From IMG/VR virus record IMGVR_UViG_3300029258_005088: a stretch of DNA of 64,000 nt. The stretch is one strand, 5' to 3'. Source of the stretch: a virus. The stretch's first letter is position 1. Each line of letters begins with the position of its first letter. The position numbers and the translations under genes are program-made. This document shows, piece by piece, positions 52,957 to 63,180 of the stretch. Under the pieces are notes generated by a model, which saw only the letters and a program-made list of their open reading frames with translations, ran no database searches and was not told the origin of the DNA.

Positions 52957-54744
52957 CTATCCTCCGTTTTGTTCTTTCAGTTTCTGGACCGTGCTCTGGA
53001 ACTTGGCTACGTCATCCGCACCCGCCACTCCTGGAGGGATGTTGACGTTCGCCTGGTTCTGGACGTCTATCGGAGGCTGAAGCCCCGGTATGTCGTCCTG
53101 TTGTTGTACGGGATGTGCTTCCTGGACCGGAGCCTCGGCTTGAGGGGGCTGGGCGAATACCGACATGTCCGGTTGCCTACGGCCTCCCGTAGCCTGCGGA
53201 GCCGGCGGTTGTGCCGGTGGAGGCGGTGCCGCAGTCGTCTGCGGAGCGTTGTTTGGCGGGAGCCCCGGAGGGGGCGGTGGAGGCGGAGCCGCAACGCTCG
53301 GAGGGGCTTGATAGCCTCCCTGCGGAGCTGTCATGGCAGGTGCCTGCTGCGCCGGTGGCGGGGGCTGCTGAGGCATCCCTCCCGCTGGAGGCGGGGGAAC
53401 TGCCGGAGCGGCCGGTGGAGGCGGTGCCGCCTGTTGCTGTGCCTGTGTGTTCCATGGCTGCTGTTGCGCCGGTGGGGGCGGTGCCGCCGGAGCAGGTGCC
53501 GGTGGCTGTTGCGGCATGCCTCCATGAGGCGCTGCCTGTGGCGTGAACGGCTGCTGTTGCACGGCCGGTGCCTGTTGTTGCTGATACCCTTGCTGCTGGT
53601 ACCCTTGCTGCTGGTACCCTTGCTGAGGCGGGGGCGTCCAAGTCGGTTGATGCGCCGGAGCGGCACCTACCGGAAGGATGTGCGCCGCACTGTTCAAGTG
53701 GACCTCGGGCACCAGATCTGCGTACTTCGTCTCGCGCAATGCGAACGCTACCGCTTGCCAGTTGTAAGCCTCGGCAAGCCATTCCATTACGTCCTCTACC
53801 TTCGGAGTGACGATGACCTGGTCCCAAGGACGCCACACGCTCTGGATGTATTCCGCTGGGAACGGCGTCGGCTCCGGATCGAGATCCGCGCCATACTTCC
53901 AGGAAGAACGACCATGGGATCCCTGATCGAACTTCTGCACGTACAGAACGCGACCGCCCTGGCTAGTCACTATGTCTCCCAACATATTGTTGTGAATGCC
54001 CAGAGGCTGTTCCGGAGTGCGTGGCGTGTTCATCTTCGTGAACAGCTGGTTCTGCACGCCCGAAGGCAGCATGAAGACGACGTTGTTCTGCCACGTCGGA
54101 TTCCCGTTGGTGTCCATGATCGGAGTGCCTTGATAGCGTCTTACGGCCACCTGCATGAAAGACGTCACCGTGGGATTCGGCAGACGGCTCTTCCGGCGCT
54201 CCTGATACTGGTTGTCCTTCCAGAACCCATTCCAATCCGCCCACTGCGGAGGAATGCTCGTGAGATGCGCCTTACCGTTCGGCCCCATGGCCAGGATCTC
54301 GGACTCTGCCTCGCGGAGTTTATTGAATATCTCCTTTACGAAGCATCTCGCCACAGACCAGTTGTCTTCGATGACCGAGCCATCGCGACAGGTCCAGGTA
54401 TCCGTCACGAACGACATCATCTTGGGTCCGGCTTTGTACATGATCTCGCCCTGCCAGGCGAAACTGCCTACCTCGGCGATGTCGTAGCTGTCACTGGGCC
54501 CGGACTCCGCTTCCACCGTATTCTCCGAATCGATGGCGTAGGGATCGTGCTCGTAACCCCCGTCGAAGCAGGGAAGCACACGGATCTCGGTCTGTCCCTT
54601 GGGGACGTCGTTCTCCGTGGGGATGTAGTAGTCCAGAAAGAGGAATCCGGATTCCGGTTTCAGGAAGTGATAGACATACTCCCGTGGTTCGTTGCTGTTC
54701 CCGCCGGAATTGCTCTGGCGGGACCGGCGTGTTCTATACGCCAT
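52957..54744 (-). CDS. probable ssDNA-binding protein with long Pro/Gln-rich tail
   Basis: Lies between recA and polA; IRVLPC N-terminal region; ~240-aa low-complexity C-terminus. Confidence 0.55.
   Translation of the reverse strand: MAYRTRRSRQSNSGGNSNEPREYVYHFLKPESGFLFLDYYIPTENDVPKGQTEIRVLPCFDGGYEHDPYAIDSENTVEAESGPSDSYDIAEVGSFAWQGEIMYKAGPKMMSFVTDTWTCRDGSVIEDNWSVARCFVKEIFNKLREAESEILAMGPNGKAHLTSIPPQWADWNGFWKDNQYQERRKSRLPNPTVTSFMQVAVRRYQGTPIMDTNGNPTWQNNVVFMLPSGVQNQLFTKMNTPRTPEQPLGIHNNMLGDIVTSQGGRVLYVQKFDQGSHGRSSWKYGADLDPEPTPFPAEYIQSVWRPWDQVIVTPKVEDVMEWLAEAYNWQAVAFALRETKYADLVPEVHLNSAAHILPVGAAPAHQPTWTPPPQQGYQQQGYQQQGYQQQQAPAVQQQPFTPQAAPHGGMPQQPPAPAPAAPPPPAQQQPWNTQAQQQAAPPPPAAPAVPPPPAGGMPQQPPPPAQQAPAMTAPQGGYQAPPSVAAPPPPPPPGLPPNNAPQTTAAPPPPAQPPAPQATGGRRQPDMSVFAQPPQAEAPVQEAHPVQQQDDIPGLQPPIDVQNQANVNIPPGVAGADDVAKFQSTVQKLKEQNGG
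53581..53625. repeat. 15-bp tandem repeat x3 encoding QQGYQ
   Basis: CTG(A/G)TACCCTTGCTG three times. Confidence 0.9.
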
Positions 54745-54753
54745 AGTTTTCTC

Positions 54754-56634
54754 CTATGCTGTTTGAGGTTCCCATATCAATAAATTACCCTGCTCGTCGT
54801 GAACAGGTACAGCGTCCTTGTACCACCTACGCATCAAGGCTCCTTCCACCTCGATGTTGACGTGCGGTATCGCCTGCTGCATGCCGAGCACCATCAGTTG
54901 GTTGATGTGCTGTATCCGGGTCTGCAGGTATTCGTCGTTCTTGAGTTCCGTGATGATCTCGTCATGCACGAAGTTCACCATCCGGTAGCTCGCAAGCCAC
55001 ATATACCACAAAGCGATCCGGGCGCCGTCGGCGGCCAGTCCCTGGAAGTGGTAGTTGCATGCGCTGCAGAAGCCGGCATTCCGTCGAATGCGTCCGGTTA
55101 TGGTCTGTGCTATGTAGCGATCCTCTTCTTTGGTGCTGAACGCGGTATCGACCTGTTGCTTGAAATGCTTGTGCATCTCGGGGAAGAAGTCGATCCACAG
55201 CTTCTTCAGCTCTCTGCATCTGTCCTCCGGCAGGCTTACCCCGTACTGGTTGAGTGCGAGATACTGGAAAGTCTTGATTCCAAGACCTCCCGGGAAGCCG
55301 AAGTTGCATGCCTTGGCCATCTGCCTCTCTTCCTTGGACACGAGATCGATGTCGTGCCCCTTTCCTACTACCTGTGCCGCAAACCACTTGTGTACGTCCA
55401 GCCCGTTGTTGATGACTTCCGCCATCTTGCTGAAACCGAACCGTATGAGACAACTCTCGGCCAGGGCGCAAAGCTCCAGCTGGGAATAGTCCGCGGCGTA
55501 AAAGAGATATCCCGGCGTCGGTATGTAGATGCCTCGGATGTTCTCCTTTCTGGGAAGATTCTGCAGGTTGGGGCCCCGACAACTCGTACGACCCGTCCTC
55601 ACCAAAGGAGTGAAGTACGGATGAACTCTGTTGTCGTCCCTAACCAGGTTTTCGTTTAGATACGTGGACAGGATCTTCTGTTCGTGTTCCGAGTCCTTGA
55701 ACGCGGTTATGAACGGATGCTCACGGTTTCCCATGGGCGCAAGACTCTCGTCCGTTATCTGTATGTCGCCTTTCTTCTCGGTCCTCTTGAACCTAAGGTC
55801 CTTGTTTCCCTCCAGGGCTTGTAGCTGTTCCTCCACAGTGAGCAGAATACTCTGCAGCACCTTCTGGTTTCCGGCCTCTCCGGTATAATACCCGAATACG
55901 GCAAGCGTTTCGTCGTTCGCCATGCGCCTCTCCGTGAAGTCCTTGTGAAGGGTCTGCATGTAGTTTCTGTCCACGTACATGCCGCGCCGTCCTATGTCGG
56001 ACAACGCCACGAAGCCCACGGTCTGATGCCATTCCGTGGGATAGGGTTCGTTCATTCCGGTAACTTCGCGGAGCTGTGCCGTGGCGGCGGCATCCGCGGC
56101 CATGTACTTGAGATGTCTCTCGGTCACGGCCATTCCCGGACGGAACGTCAGTCGGATCTCCTCGTCCTTGTCCAGCTCCAGTCTCAGCAACTGTCTGCAC
56201 ACCAGGTCGAGATTCCACTTCTTGGCGACTCTTCCCACGCTCAGTTGCCTGAGCATGTATCTTATGCCCGTGTCCGTTACGCGCTCCTGTTGAAGCGCCC
56301 GGAGCATGGGCTCGTTGTAATCATTCTTGATTCCGATCACGTCCAAGTCGAACGGCGCGTTGTGGAAAACGGCCTCGAACTCCGGATTCATGGAATAGAA
56401 CTCGATCAGGTACTTACGCATGAGGTGGGCGGGTATGACGTCCACCTGTCTCAGAGCCTGACAGCATACCTGCATGAATGCGGGTATGACGGGCTTGCCC
56501 GGAACGAGCTTCACCGTCTCCGTGTCTATCGCGTACGGGAGCCTCCTCTCGGGCCCCTGCATAGCGACCATGGACTCGTCGTATACTCTGAGGTTGTATA
56601 CGTAACTACCTACGGTTAGATGCATCTGGTCCAA
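54754..56634 (-). CDS. polA: family A DNA polymerase with 3'-5' exonuclease
   Basis: Exo DTET, HNAPFD, YMAAD; Pol TGRTS..PNLQN, ADYSQLE, RQMAKACNFG, VHDE. Confidence 0.95.
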   Translation of the reverse strand: MDQMHLTVGSYVYNLRVYDESMVAMQGPERRLPYAIDTETVKLVPGKPVIPAFMQVCCQALRQVDVIPAHLMRKYLIEFYSMNPEFEAVFHNAPFDLDVIGIKNDYNEPMLRALQQERVTDTGIRYMLRQLSVGRVAKKWNLDLVCRQLLRLELDKDEEIRLTFRPGMAVTERHLKYMAADAAATAQLREVTGMNEPYPTEWHQTVGFVALSDIGRRGMYVDRNYMQTLHKDFTERRMANDETLAVFGYYTGEAGNQKVLQSILLTVEEQLQALEGNKDLRFKRTEKKGDIQITDESLAPMGNREHPFITAFKDSEHEQKILSTYLNENLVRDDNRVHPYFTPLVRTGRTSCRGPNLQNLPRKENIRGIYIPTPGYLFYAADYSQLELCALAESCLIRFGFSKMAEVINNGLDVHKWFAAQVVGKGHDIDLVSKEERQMAKACNFGFPGGLGIKTFQYLALNQYGVSLPEDRCRELKKLWIDFFPEMHKHFKQQVDTAFSTKEEDRYIAQTITGRIRRNAGFCSACNYHFQGLAADGARIALWYMWLASYRMVNFVHDEIITELKNDEYLQTRIQHINQLMVLGMQQAIPHVNIEVEGALMRRWYKDAVPVHDEQGNLLIWEPQTA

Positions 56635-57671
56635 GCCTCCGTTTGCAACTGGTCGAGGTACGACTTCGGCAGTTTCGCCGGATCATATCCCTCTGGCAGT
56701 CTCAGCTGGGCACATCCCCGTGGGAACACCGCCTCCGATCGGAGACGCTCCACCAGGTATTCGGCCTTGGCCTGTCCTTTGGCGTCGTCGGCGTCGATGC
56801 ATACCAAGCACCTGCCTCCGAAACCAAACAGGAGTTTCAACAGTCGTATCTGATAGGCGTTCAGGTCCTTCCCGAACATGGCCATGGCATGCGGCCCGAT
56901 GCGCCAGACGTCGGTGACGCCTTCGCACAGGACTACGTCCAGGCACCTCATCGCGACGTCCCTGTTGTAGAGGCATCTAGATTTGGTGAAGCTCGAGTTC
57001 AGATACTTGAACGGATCCTTCGGCCTGTCCTCCAGCCTTCTGAGCTGGTATCCGACGAGGTGCCTACCCTGTATCACCGGGATAAGCAACCTGTCTTCGT
57101 ACAGGACCTTCTCTTCGGAGCCTTCCGTGGCTTCCTGCCATACCGTGCCCTTCGGAGCGTAATGCACGAAGAACTTGTTGGCGAGGTCCTGCGGATCGAA
57201 ATGCCTTCCGTAGAGGTACTGATGCACCTCGCCGGGGACGTCCGCCGACAATATCGGAAGACATCCCTTCGGAAGCTCCACTGACTGTTGTATGATACCT
57301 ACGAACTTCGTCGGCTTCTCCACGACTTCCCCTTGCGGGATCTCCATCTTGGATAGCTGCCTGCCGAGGTCGCATCCCTCGTTCTGGCACCTGTACAGCT
57401 TGCCGAAGTAATAGGTCACCGTTCCCTGCTTCGTGGTCTGGCCATAGAGATGGCTGAAGTAGAGACGGTTTCGGGTATCGCCACATAGCGGACAGTTTAT
57501 GGAGTAACATTCACCCCAGTGTTCCACGAAGGCATACCTCTTGGTATTTCTGGACAATCTAGTCCTCTTCACCGGAGGGCAGCTGAACATGCCTGGCTGC
57601 CCTTCGTTGCACACCACGGGCTCGTGCCCGAAGTGTCGCTGAAGAGCTATGTACAAGGCATCGTTCATCAT
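56616..57671 (-). CDS. DNA primase (zinc finger + TOPRIM)
   Basis: CPLCGDTRNRL...C...C; LCEGVTD; CIDADD. Confidence 0.9.
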   Translation of the reverse strand: MMNDALYIALQRHFGHEPVVCNEGQPGMFSCPPVKRTRLSRNTKRYAFVEHWGECYSINCPLCGDTRNRLYFSHLYGQTTKQGTVTYYFGKLYRCQNEGCDLGRQLSKMEIPQGEVVEKPTKFVGIIQQSVELPKGCLPILSADVPGEVHQYLYGRHFDPQDLANKFFVHYAPKGTVWQEATEGSEEKVLYEDRLLIPVIQGRHLVGYQLRRLEDRPKDPFKYLNSSFTKSRCLYNRDVAMRCLDVVLCEGVTDVWRIGPHAMAMFGKDLNAYQIRLLKLLFGFGGRCLVCIDADDAKGQAKAEYLVERLRSEAVFPRGCAQLRLPEGYDPAKLPKSYLDQLQTEAWTRCI

Positions 57672-59116
57672 ATCTGAACCCCTCCCAGAGCGTCGTCATT
57701 GACCATGTCGTTGGTTCTCCTAGGGACGTTGCCCAAATCGCTGAATCCCGTGGAGGTGGTCGGCTCTACGGTCTTGAACATTCCTCTGTCGCCGTCGAGC
57801 TCCAATTCGCCCGAGGTTCTTGCAGAGGATCGGGCTTTGTCGCAGTTTATCTTTGTCCTGTTGTCGGAGTCCAGCTTGCCTACGGCGAAACCGAATTCGA
57901 ACAGGTTGTTGAGGTTGGAGTCTTCCTGGGCGTCATGCGTCGTTACCTTCGCATTCGCTCCCATGCCGGCCTTGGCGCCTTTCACCTGATGGAGGACGAG
58001 CAAACGACTGTTCCTGTCCTTTATTCCCTGGATCAGGGTATCGAGCCAGTCCGATGCCGCGTTTCTGTCTCTGGCATCGGAGCTTCTCTGCATCTGCATG
58101 AGCATACGGCTACGCAGACGGCCCCACCAGTCGAGCACCACGAGGTCTATCTGCTGCCCCATGGCCAGAAGCCTGTCTATGGGTGCGAACAGATCCTCGA
58201 TACGCATGTTCGGTCCGCCTGCCTTCTTCCTGCAGTCCACGAAATGGAAGTAGGTCTTCCACTCGTTCTTCGCCACCTCGAGCCTCTCGAGTACGTCCGG
58301 GGGAGCGGCATGCCTACCCTTCTTGAGAACGGATCTCGGAGCCTGTGCGCCGAGCATCGCCTGACGCATCGCCATGTCTCCCTCGAGAGCCTGTTCCGTG
58401 GATAGATACACGACGTGCGAATGCCGGGCCACTCTATAGGCCGACAGCTGCATGCCGATGGTTGTCTTCCCGCCGCCACTGGGAGCGACGAGCAGGATGC
58501 ATTCCTTCGGAGCGGCGCCGCCGTCCAAGGCATTGTCCATGAACTGGAGTCCGAGCTTCATCCGCTCTTCCTCGTGCATGGCATCCCAGATGTTGTCCCA
58601 TGCGGTCTGTTCGTGTAGGTTGACGAAGGGGTCGCCGCGTAGGATGTCTTCGGCCTCTTCCCATGCGTTCTTTATCTCGTCCAGATCGTCGGTGCTCTGC
58701 ATGGATCTCGACAGCTTCTGTGCCTCGAATCTCTGCAAGTGATCGAGCAACCATTGTTGGCACCAGGCATCCGCCCACTGCGTTTCCTTGTACCACTCCG
58801 TCAGCTCTCTTCTGTAGGATGCCAGATACTCCTCCGGGAACGGCGGTTGTCCGCCGACGGGAGTCATCTCTATCCAGTGATCGTTGAGCTCTCTACAGAG
58901 AACGTCCAGCGGCGGAATGCCGTTGAACTCCATGAAGTACATGTGTACCGCATTGAGCAGGAAATGAAGATCGCCATCCTCCGCGAGGAAATCGCTGGCC
59001 AGCACACGCCGACCGATGGCACTCAACAGGTGAGGCCTGAGGATCAGGTGCTTCACTATTATCTTATTCCGTTGCCGCTCTTCTATTCTAGCGGGGTAGG
59101 AACTGTCTGGCAGCAT
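57668..59116 (-). CDS. dnaB: DnaB-like replicative helicase
   Basis: APSGGGKT, YLSTE, VVLDW, LHQ, DKARS. Confidence 0.9.
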   Translation of the reverse strand: MLPDSSYPARIEERQRNKIIVKHLILRPHLLSAIGRRVLASDFLAEDGDLHFLLNAVHMYFMEFNGIPPLDVLCRELNDHWIEMTPVGGQPPFPEEYLASYRRELTEWYKETQWADAWCQQWLLDHLQRFEAQKLSRSMQSTDDLDEIKNAWEEAEDILRGDPFVNLHEQTAWDNIWDAMHEEERMKLGLQFMDNALDGGAAPKECILLVAPSGGGKTTIGMQLSAYRVARHSHVVYLSTEQALEGDMAMRQAMLGAQAPRSVLKKGRHAAPPDVLERLEVAKNEWKTYFHFVDCRKKAGGPNMRIEDLFAPIDRLLAMGQQIDLVVLDWWGRLRSRMLMQMQRSSDARDRNAASDWLDTLIQGIKDRNSRLLVLHQVKGAKAGMGANAKVTTHDAQEDSNLNNLFEFGFAVGKLDSDNRTKINCDKARSSARTSGELELDGDRGMFKTVEPTTSTGFSDLGNVPRRTNDMVNDDALGGVQI

Positions 59117-59603
59117 TGGGCATCTCCAAGTAAGCGTTCAGCTTCGGTGAATGGTTTATGAACTCCGGCATCCCTCTCAGGACGTCTCCGGCGCTCGATG
59201 AGTACTTCTCCACGACTTTGCCGGGAGCCTCGAGATGTAGCGCCGCTTCCACGCGGGCCACCGGACCGATCTCGAGCATGTCGTCCATGAGCACGTCTTC
59301 CATGTCTCGCATTCTGGCGGAGGTCTTCGCCTCGTCCATGTGAATGTCCATCTGTACTCTGGCATATCGATCGCAATCCGTCTTCCATTCTAGAAAGTCG
59401 TGCCAAGTACCGTCCTTCGTCAGGAAGTTCAGCTTCTGCAGGTTGTCCAGTCTTCCCGGGCCGTTCACGTAATGGATCACCCAGAACGCGAACTCCCAGG
59501 AGGAGTACGGCGAGCTCTTTATTCTATGATCCAACTGAGACCACTGAGATGACATGTACGGTACCCATGCGCCTCCGGTATGGAAGCTTATGGCCGAGAT
59601 CAC
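59088..59603 (-). CDS. hypothetical protein
   Basis: Start trimmed to GTG just after the helicase stop. Confidence 0.65.
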   Translation of the reverse strand: MISAISFHTGGAWVPYMSSQWSQLDHRIKSSPYSSWEFAFWVIHYVNGPGRLDNLQKLNFLTKDGTWHDFLEWKTDCDRYARVQMDIHMDEAKTSARMRDMEDVLMDDMLEIGPVARVEAALHLEAPGKVVEKYSSSAGDVLRGMPEFINHSPKLNAYLEMPNAARQFLPR

Positions 59604-59604
59604 G

Positions 59605-61026
59605 TCACCATGAAGGATCCCAGTTGTCCACAAGATACCAGCCTTTTCCATGATACTGCGCTCTCCTGTTGTGTGATCTGTGTAAATACCAGTCGCCGAA
59701 ATGATCTATGAAGTCGACCAATATCCCCACCGGCTTGTGACCTATCCGGCTGAGCCGTCCAGGTATCTGGGTACATTCGATCGGCGACGTCTGTCCGTCA
59801 CCGCGTATCAACACCTTCAAGTGGGTGAAGTCCACGCCCTCGTTCCATACGGGAGTGCAGATCACTTTCTTAAGGTCGTTCGCCTCGAAGCTCTTTCGCA
59901 TGGACTCGACGTCCACTTCTCTGAGATGTTCGTCCTGATCGGCCACTATGCCCATCTCGAGGAACTGCTTCCACTTCGTATTGTCTATGCCTCTGTGCAC
60001 GATCTTGAAATGGGGAAGCAGTCTGTGTAGATGCAGTACGTGCTCGGCCGTCTTCACCATGATGAGCGTCTGAGCGTCCGGAGGGAAGGCGTTCGCCACC
60101 TCCGCTATCTTCTTGTTGCGTGCGACGTGTCTCCAGTAACCGTGCCGCTCCAGTGCGACGTTGGACTTGAACTTGAACTGTCTGCGGCTGGCTACGTTAA
60201 CCAGACGAACCTCGATAGGCGATACGATGCCGGCTTTTTCCGCCGACTTGTAGTCCACCTCGATTATGGAAGGACCGAACAGGGCCTCGACCAGTCTGTC
60301 GGAGTTGTTTCCGCGACCCTCCGGAGAGGCGCTGAATCCGAAACGACGGGCCGTGCTGAAGCGTCCCAGCTCATTGGCGACGGCAAGGCTTCCTGACCTG
60401 TGTACCTCATCGTACAGAACGAGGTCCGGCCAGTCTCCGGGTATCTTGTGGAGGGACTTGTCGGTAGCGACTATTATATCCGAATCCAGCCGCAGGCGCT
60501 TACTCCCTCCCAGCTCGGATACGGACTGTTTGCAATTATCGGCGAGATCGTCGTGAAGCCTTCCTCGAACCTCCGCGGACCTCGTAGTCACGAGGATCTT
60601 CAGGTGAGGGTATACGCGGCATATCTGCTTTATGAGAAAGGACTTTCCACTGCCCGTAGGACAGTTTATGATTCCGAAGTACGAGTGTATGACCGCGGCC
60701 AGGGACTCGGGCTGAAACTCCCGTAGAGGCTGTACCTGTGAAAGCAGTGCCTCAGGAATGGGTTCCCGCCTGTCGTCCAGCTCGGCGTCGATCTTGTACC
60801 GCTTGCAGGCCCTCAGTATTCTGGGCAGAAGACCTGAATGTACGAGAGCGGTTTTGACGCCATCGTGTCCGATCTCTTCGACGAAAAGATTCTGCCGCGT
60901 GTACTTGTAACCTTGTTTCGCACCCGGACCTCGCTGCTTGTCCCTCTGGCTATACGAGCACGAGGGGACGAGCTGCTGACTCCAAGGGCGTAGCAATAGC
61001 GTATTGCCACGAACTGTGATTCGCAT
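59605..61026 (-). CDS. superfamily 2 (UvsW-like) helicase
   Basis: PTGSGKS, DEVH, SASP, EGVD, QIPGRLSR; SD AGGAGG. Confidence 0.92.
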   Translation of the reverse strand: MRITVRGNTLLLRPWSQQLVPSCSYSQRDKQRGPGAKQGYKYTRQNLFVEEIGHDGVKTALVHSGLLPRILRACKRYKIDAELDDRREPIPEALLSQVQPLREFQPESLAAVIHSYFGIINCPTGSGKSFLIKQICRVYPHLKILVTTRSAEVRGRLHDDLADNCKQSVSELGGSKRLRLDSDIIVATDKSLHKIPGDWPDLVLYDEVHRSGSLAVANELGRFSTARRFGFSASPEGRGNNSDRLVEALFGPSIIEVDYKSAEKAGIVSPIEVRLVNVASRRQFKFKSNVALERHGYWRHVARNKKIAEVANAFPPDAQTLIMVKTAEHVLHLHRLLPHFKIVHRGIDNTKWKQFLEMGIVADQDEHLREVDVESMRKSFEANDLKKVICTPVWNEGVDFTHLKVLIRGDGQTSPIECTQIPGRLSRIGHKPVGILVDFIDHFGDWYLHRSHNRRAQYHGKGWYLVDNWDPSW

Positions 61027-61043
61027 GAATTCCTCCTAGGTCT

Positions 61044-61072
61044 AGGATAATGCGAGGGATATGAGCGTGCAA
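61044..61072 (-). promoter_or_regulatory. sigma70-like promoter for the helicase/primase/polymerase operon
   Basis: TTGCAC-17 bp-TATCCT, intergenic. Confidence 0.65.
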
Positions 61073-61088
61073 GTGGTTTGTGAGAAGA

Positions 61089-61115
61089 GAGGCGGGAATT
61101 TTTTGTTCCCGCCTC
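61089..61115 (-). terminator. hairpin downstream of sbcC
   Basis: GAGGCGGGAA-7 nt-UUCCCGCCUC; weak U tract. Confidence 0.6.
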
Positions 61116-61125
61116 CGTAACCTTC

Positions 61126-63180
61126 TTACTGCCGCTCACTTACGTCAAAAGTCCTGCTGAACGCCGGGAACAGCAGGGGCTCATGGGTAGCCACGAGAAC
61201 GAACACGCCCTTCTCCGTGACTTCCTTGGCCTTGGTAAGCACCTCGGCCAGGCGCGGCTTGTTGATCTCGTCCAACCATACGGTGGGCTCGTCCAGCACC
61301 AGGAACGGTACTGACGTGGCGGTGAGATCGCTTACCGCGAACTTGAACGCAAGGGCCAGGGCCACCTTCTGGCCGCCGCTGAGAGCCCTTGACGGCACGT
61401 CGGACTTCGTCGCAAAGCTGCAGATGAAGTCGAACTCCTCGTTTATATATGCCGTGAAGTTCGTGTCGAAGACGCTCAAGTACTGGTCCAACAAGGAGTT
61501 GAGACCGAACAGCATCTTCTGCATGACGAGCTTCGGCAATACGTCGCGATGGAGTTTCTCCCTGGCTCTCTCGAACAGGTTCCTTACGTGGCTGACTCCC
61601 TGTCTTTTGGCCTGCTCCTTCTCGAGGCCTGCTTTCTGCTGGGTAAGCGACGTCTTGCGAGATTCGGCCCCGGAGAGGTTGGCGGAGATTTGCCGCCGCT
61701 GCTCCAGGATCTCGTTGTAGTTGGTCATGAACTCGTTGGCGTTGTTACGCGCTTCGTCGTCCGTGAACGGAGCCTGCATCGCGTTCTCCAATGCGGTGGT
61801 AGCCTTGTCGACTCCCTGCTCCAACTGACGTATCTTACCTTCCTGAGCCTGCTTGGCCTGCAGATAGCTCATGTACGCTTGGTAGGCGCTCACGGCTTGC
61901 TGATAGGCTTCGGCATCGAACGTGGTCTTCGGGATCGCTTCCAGCTCTGCCTGGGCGCTCTGCCACTGAGCGGTATTGGCATCGATCCTTGCCTGCAACG
62001 ACCTCGTCGTGCTCTGGTAGGTGTCGAACTCCCGCTTGCAGGTCATGTACCCGGAATGCTTCAAGGTATATGCCTGTTGCTTCGCCTGGTAGTCCTTGAT
62101 GACCGCGTCCCTGGCTTGCTCTCCGCCTTCGAACTCGTATGGACGATTACATGTCGGACATGTCTTGTTCGTTGCGAGATCGTACCGCGGCTTGAGCTCG
62201 ATCAGCTCGTTGTTGTCCTTCTCCAGTTCCACGCGGATTGGTTCGGGGTCCTCGACTGCGACGTCGGGCATCTGCTCCTCGAGAGCGTTGCCGGCCTTCT
62301 CCAGAGCAGTCATCGAATTCTGAATACGTGTGCAGTTTTCGCTGTTGGCTTTGGCCTGCTCCATCTCCGGGCTCGGCGGCTGTGCCTCCGGTACCGGTGT
62401 CAGATTGCTCTCGGCGTTTGCCGCCGCCAGTGCCTTGTTGGCGCTGTCCAGAGCAGTCCGTGCCATATTGACGGACTGGTCGTGCTGAGCCTGCGTAGGC
62501 ATCGCCAGTATGCCCTGCACGCTGGTGAGCTGACCTTGGTACTCCTGGAACAGCTTATCGAACGTTTCGTTGCGGCTCCTCAGATCCACAAGGCTCGTTT
62601 CCAGAGCCTGCAGCTCACCGTCTATCTCCGAGATCTCCGTGGTCCGGTCGATGAAAGTCGGCAGCTTGTTTATTCCATTTTCTTGGATGATGCCTCTGAT
62701 CGTTTCCGCCTCTCTCGTACCGGCCAGGCGCTGAAAGAACGCCACTCGCACGGCATGGCTGCACGTCAGTATGTCCACTAGCGTTCCTTGAGGAGTCCAG
62801 CACGTTTCATAGAATCCTTTGAAGGACATCCCGAGAGCCGCTTCCATGAATGCATTGGCATCCCCGGATTTCAGAGGCTTCTCCAGAACGTCGCTCTCGA
62901 GCTTCACCAAGGACGTGTGTACGTTCCTGGTAAGCTTGTAGCTGTTTCCGGCATGCTTGAAGTGGAACACGGTCTTGCCGGAGTCCGCTCCCCAGCGAAG
63001 GAGATCGGACTTGTTGCAGTCGTGCCCGGTCTGACCCGTTACCGAAAAGAACAGGCCGTCGAGGAACGTGGACTTTCCGGAGCCGTTCCTGCCGATGACC
63101 CCGGTGATTCCCGTCTTGAAATCGTACTCCAGGTATTCATGCTGGAATACGTTGGTGAGTACTGTTTTTACTGGTTGCAT
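61126..63180 (-). CDS. sbcC: SbcC/Rad50/gp46-like ATPase
   Basis: GRNGSGKST, coiled coil with CPTC hook, LSGGQ, LDEPT, ATH. Confidence 0.95.
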   Translation of the reverse strand: MQPVKTVLTNVFQHEYLEYDFKTGITGVIGRNGSGKSTFLDGLFFSVTGQTGHDCNKSDLLRWGADSGKTVFHFKHAGNSYKLTRNVHTSLVKLESDVLEKPLKSGDANAFMEAALGMSFKGFYETCWTPQGTLVDILTCSHAVRVAFFQRLAGTREAETIRGIIQENGINKLPTFIDRTTEISEIDGELQALETSLVDLRSRNETFDKLFQEYQGQLTSVQGILAMPTQAQHDQSVNMARTALDSANKALAAANAESNLTPVPEAQPPSPEMEQAKANSENCTRIQNSMTALEKAGNALEEQMPDVAVEDPEPIRVELEKDNNELIELKPRYDLATNKTCPTCNRPYEFEGGEQARDAVIKDYQAKQQAYTLKHSGYMTCKREFDTYQSTTRSLQARIDANTAQWQSAQAELEAIPKTTFDAEAYQQAVSAYQAYMSYLQAKQAQEGKIRQLEQGVDKATTALENAMQAPFTDDEARNNANEFMTNYNEILEQRRQISANLSGAESRKTSLTQQKAGLEKEQAKRQGVSHVRNLFERAREKLHRDVLPKLVMQKMLFGLNSLLDQYLSVFDTNFTAYINEEFDFICSFATKSDVPSRALSGGQKVALALAFKFAVSDLTATSVPFLVLDEPTVWLDEINKPRLAEVLTKAKEVTEKGVFVLVATHEPLLFPAFSRTFDVSERQ

